Notes under the pieces: model-generated
Databases searched by the model: none
What the model was told of the DNA's origin: nothing
The model's input: the letters and a program-made list of their open reading frames with translations, nothing else
Assembly (NCBI GenBank): GCA_965661285.1
Contig: CBFIDD010000002.1
Coordinates: 352,001-416,000 of the forward strand
Length of the DNA: 64,000 nt
DNA from: Poseidonia sp.
GTDB taxonomy: Archaea; Thermoplasmatota; Poseidoniia; Poseidoniales; Poseidoniaceae
Direction of reading: 5' to 3'
Shown here: positions 61,285 through 64,000 of the stretch, in pieces
How positions within the stretch are numbered: position 1 is the stretch's first letter
Layout of the letters: every line of letters starts with the position of its first letter
Position numbers and translations under genes: made by a program

Positions 61285-61674
61285 TCAGTACACATAGGCC
61301 AGCAGTTTGCCGCCAATTCGAGCGTCTTTTGCATCGTTGTGATGCATCACGCCGGAGTTGGTCGTCAGGATAAGAAGACCGAAATCTCGGGCAGGGAGGT
61401 ATCGTGACTCCCACTTCTCGTATTCTTGACGACGAACGCTGTGTCGGGGTTTGACCGTACCACAGCGATTGATCGTTCCTCGCAGTTCGACGACATAGGC
61501 GTCACCACGGCCGTTTTCGACACGTTCGATGTCGCCAACATAGCCAGAGGTCTGCATGATGTTCAGCACGTTGCCGAGGAGCTTGGAGGCAGGGGTCAAC
61601 TCAACGTTGAATTTCCCGGCCTGCTCGGCATTGTAAATTTTGACAAGAGCGTCATTCAATGGATCCAATTGCAT
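61285..61674 (-). CDS. rps8: 30S ribosomal protein uS8
   Basis: DPLNDAL, YLPARDFG, GGKLLAYVY. Confidence 0.97.
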   Translation of the reverse strand: MQLDPLNDALVKIYNAEQAGKFNVELTPASKLLGNVLNIMQTSGYVGDIERVENGRGDAYVVELRGTINRCGTVKPRHSVRRQEYEKWESRYLPARDFGLLILTTNSGVMHHNDAKDARIGGKLLAYVY

Positions 61675-61686
61675 ACTTTCTCCTCC

Positions 61687-61839
61687 TCAACTCATTTTCT
61701 TGAAACCGATTTTCGGTGCAACATCGCGGAAGCATTGTCGGCACAGTCGCAGCCCGTGGCGGCGAATCATGCCTCGCTTGCGGCCGCATCGACGACATCC
61801 GATGGTTCGTCCAATTCTTTCTCCGTGATCTCGTGCCAT
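61687..61839 (-). CDS. rps14: 30S ribosomal protein uS14 (Zn-binding; absent from the supplied ORF track)
   Basis: Manual translation [50 protein letters not shown]. Confidence 0.96.
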   Translation of the reverse strand: MARDHGERIGRTIGCRRCGRKRGMIRRHGLRLCRQCFRDVAPKIGFKKMS

Positions 61840-61841
61840 GT

Positions 61842-62369
61842 TCATTCCTCCAGGATATTGATGTTGAAGTTCTCAACGAACCATGCTCGGGATTCTTCTG
61901 CCGAGACACGGTGGTTCGTGCCGACCTTGCTCTTTGCACGTCGGCGGCGACTGACACGGTGGCCGGGGCGTTCGATCACGGCCGTGATGTCCATACCAAA
62001 GATACCGATTTCCGGGTCGTACTTCTGACCGGGGAAGTCCGTGTAATCACGGACACCAAAGGAGAGGTTGCCCTCGCGGTCAAAGTTCCAAGCGGGGATG
62101 GTGTTCTCTCGGCAATCAAAGGCGCTGGTCAAGAAGGCCTTGATGTCGTCTTGATTTCGCATGGTGGCCTTGCAGCCGATAGGAGCACCCACGCGCACCT
62201 TCAGGTCTCGGTTCTGGATGCGACCGAGGGTTCGCTGTGGCTTGACGCCGGTGACCATCTCGAGAACGCTTTCGGCGTTCACCAAGCGTTCGCCGCCTTC
62301 ACCGACACCGATGTTGACGCACACCTTGGTGATGCGCAGTTGGGTCATGGGGTTGACGGTGGTGCTCAT
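61842..62369 (-). CDS. rpl5: 50S ribosomal protein uL5
   Basis: [29 protein letters not shown]. Confidence 0.97.
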   Translation of the reverse strand: MSTTVNPMTQLRITKVCVNIGVGEGGERLVNAESVLEMVTGVKPQRTLGRIQNRDLKVRVGAPIGCKATMRNQDDIKAFLTSAFDCRENTIPAWNFDREGNLSFGVRDYTDFPGQKYDPEIGIFGMDITAVIERPGHRVSRRRRAKSKVGTNHRVSAEESRAWFVENFNINILEE

Positions 62370-63064
62370 TCAGCCACCTCCGTGAGTGGCATGCTGGCGT
62401 CGCCAATGGCGAAGACATTGCGAGCAACCGTGTCGAAGCCGTCAAATTGGACTTCGTTGGGCATGCTGGAGCGCTTCACGACGTATTCCTTGACGTCGGC
62501 GGTTGAGCCGACGTGGGCGCCGCCGATGAGGTAGCATCGAGTACCTTCTCCAAAGCGGATGTGCTCAACGATGTTCTGGTCGGGCAAGCCCAGTTTGAGG
62601 GAGTCGCCCGTGTTGTATTCGGAAGGGTCGTCAACCAGAATGTTGCGACCGTCGTGAAGGTTGAGTTGGGTTCGTCCGCCCTTGATGGTGGTCTTGCCTT
62701 CGATGCGGCAAACCTTCCATGCAGCTTCTTCGGCGCTGATGGGGCGGTATTGGAGACGGCCGTTGTGATCGAGGACACAGCGGTAGTTGTCCTCACCGAG
62801 GGTGAGCACGTCCATCAAGCCAACACCGCGTCGGGTATCTTTGACAACGCGGCCGTCGATTTTGGCCAGTTCGTTGTGCAGGATAAATCGAACCTCACGA
62901 GCGGTTTTGGCGAGACGAAGCACGTCTCGGACCACGAGGGTGATGGGCATGCAGTGCTCAAGCGTATGGGCACCAGGAGCAGGGCGAGTGACCCAAATGG
63001 AGGTCTTTCGTGGCAAGGGCCAGCTTCGTGGCATGGCCAAGCGCTTCAAGTGATTGCTGCTCAT
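62366..63064 (-). CDS. rps4e: 30S ribosomal protein eS4
   Basis: HLKRLAMPRSW, GLMDV, QLNLHDGRN, IGGAHVG. Confidence 0.97.
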   Translation of the reverse strand: MSSNHLKRLAMPRSWPLPRKTSIWVTRPAPGAHTLEHCMPITLVVRDVLRLAKTAREVRFILHNELAKIDGRVVKDTRRGVGLMDVLTLGEDNYRCVLDHNGRLQYRPISAEEAAWKVCRIEGKTTIKGGRTQLNLHDGRNILVDDPSEYNTGDSLKLGLPDQNIVEHIRFGEGTRCYLIGGAHVGSTADVKEYVVKRSSMPNEVQFDGFDTVARNVFAIGDASMPLTEVAE

Positions 63065-63069
63065 CTTCT

Positions 63070-63477
63070 TCAACTCCTGTCACCAGTCAATTTTGCGATG
63101 CGGAGGCGGTCCGACTCGTCGAGTTGGGTTACCACCACATTCGAGACGTGCACTGGAACCGCCTCTTCCTTGTTGTCGGCCTTGCTGGCCTTGACACCTT
63201 CAATGTACAATCGACCCTTCTCAGCGTCGATACGCAACACAGCACCGGTGAGGGGCTCGTTGTTTCGCTTGCCACCGTGGCGCTTGCCGCCGTGGGCTTG
63301 GTCGCCTCGGGTGACCTGAACCATATCGCCCACACGGACGGTCACGGTTCGCACACCGGCGAAGCGAGCATCGGGCTTAGCGAGCTGCAGACGGGCTGCG
63401 ACGCGCTTGCGCTTCTGGTGCATGGGCGCATTGAAGTGCGCCTTGCGTTGTTTGCCTGGTTTCATACTCTTGACCAT
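63070..63477 (-). CDS. rpl24: 50S ribosomal protein uL24
   Basis: PGKQRK...NAP, VRVGDMVQVTRG, VHVSNV. Confidence 0.95.
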   Translation of the reverse strand: MVKSMKPGKQRKAHFNAPMHQKRKRVAARLQLAKPDARFAGVRTVTVRVGDMVQVTRGDQAHGGKRHGGKRNNEPLTGAVLRIDAEKGRLYIEGVKASKADNKEEAVPVHVSNVVVTQLDESDRLRIAKLTGDRS

Positions 63478-63486
63478 TTCAATCCC

Positions 63487-63885
63487 TCACACAATTTGCT
63501 TTGCATTGGCAGCAATTCGAGGCCAGCGTTCAGCAGCCTCACGGGCAACTGGTCCCTTGATGTCGGAACCGGTGACGTCGCCCTTCTCATTGACGATGAC
63601 ACACGCGTTGTCTTCGAATTGGACCCACGTACCGTCAACACGACGGAAGGGGCGGCGCTGGCGGATGATGACAGCGTTGAACATTTGTCGGCGGGTGTCT
63701 GGCGTTCCCTTCTTGACGGAAACCTTGGCCATATCGCCCACACCGGCGGCGGGGTATCGACGCATGGTACCGCCGAGCTTCAGCACGTTGAGAATCTGAA
63801 CGACCTTAGCGCCCGTGTTGTCGGCAACGTGCAGACGGGCTGCAGTGGGCAAACCGCGGGTTTGCTTACCGGCGATGCCCTTCAT
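63487..63885 (-). CDS. rpl14: 50S ribosomal protein uL14
   Basis: ADNTGAK, FEDNA, IKGPVAREAA. Confidence 0.97.
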   Translation of the reverse strand: MKGIAGKQTRGLPTAARLHVADNTGAKVVQILNVLKLGGTMRRYPAAGVGDMAKVSVKKGTPDTRRQMFNAVIIRQRRPFRRVDGTWVQFEDNACVIVNEKGDVTGSDIKGPVAREAAERWPRIAANAKQIV

Positions 63886-64000
63886 CAAGCAACACCTCCT
63901 GAGTTCTCAATGACACAGAACGAAACGGTCTTGGAAAGCGGTCGGCATTCCATGACCTTCACGTTGTCACCGATGCTGACCTCGCCGATGCACGAAGGAA
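63885..64000 (-). CDS. rps17: 30S ribosomal protein uS17, C-terminal part (truncated by the window edge)
   Basis: Manual translation [31 protein letters not shown]. Confidence 0.93.
   Translation of the reverse strand, partial: PSCIGEVSIGDNVKVMECRPLSKTVSFCVIENSGGVA

Overview
Core-genome segment of a marine euryarchaeon, most likely Marine Group II (Ca. Poseidoniales, Thermoplasmatota). Evidence: an archaeal 16S rRNA gene standing alone (no 23S) just downstream of an archaeal spc-type ribosomal protein operon (rps17 to secY, with eL19, eL32, eS4), aTrm56, an XPD-like helicase, giant acidic surface proteins with Ca-binding repeats, and many bacterial-type metabolic genes (lipA/lipB plus a 2-oxoacid dehydrogenase complex, class Ia nrdAB, dut, folB/folP and a pteridine reductase, nei, an FeS photolyase, gdhA, carAB). 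One tRNA-Leu(TAA). No CRISPR array, transposase or integrase was seen. Most notable observations: (1) a highly structured ~250-nt intergenic element (3459-3711) with a long closing stem, several hairpins and two exactly complementary 7-nt loops; (2) a second candidate ncRNA of ~130 nt with its own TATA-like box and U-tract (26628-26756); (3) a near-identical SAP domain on both eL32 and a membrane-anchored peptidase; (4) SecY with four extra N-terminal TM helices, plus insertions or tails on uL24, uL15 and eL32; (5) an ORB-like site between nrdB and dut. All RNA folding and alignments were done by eye.
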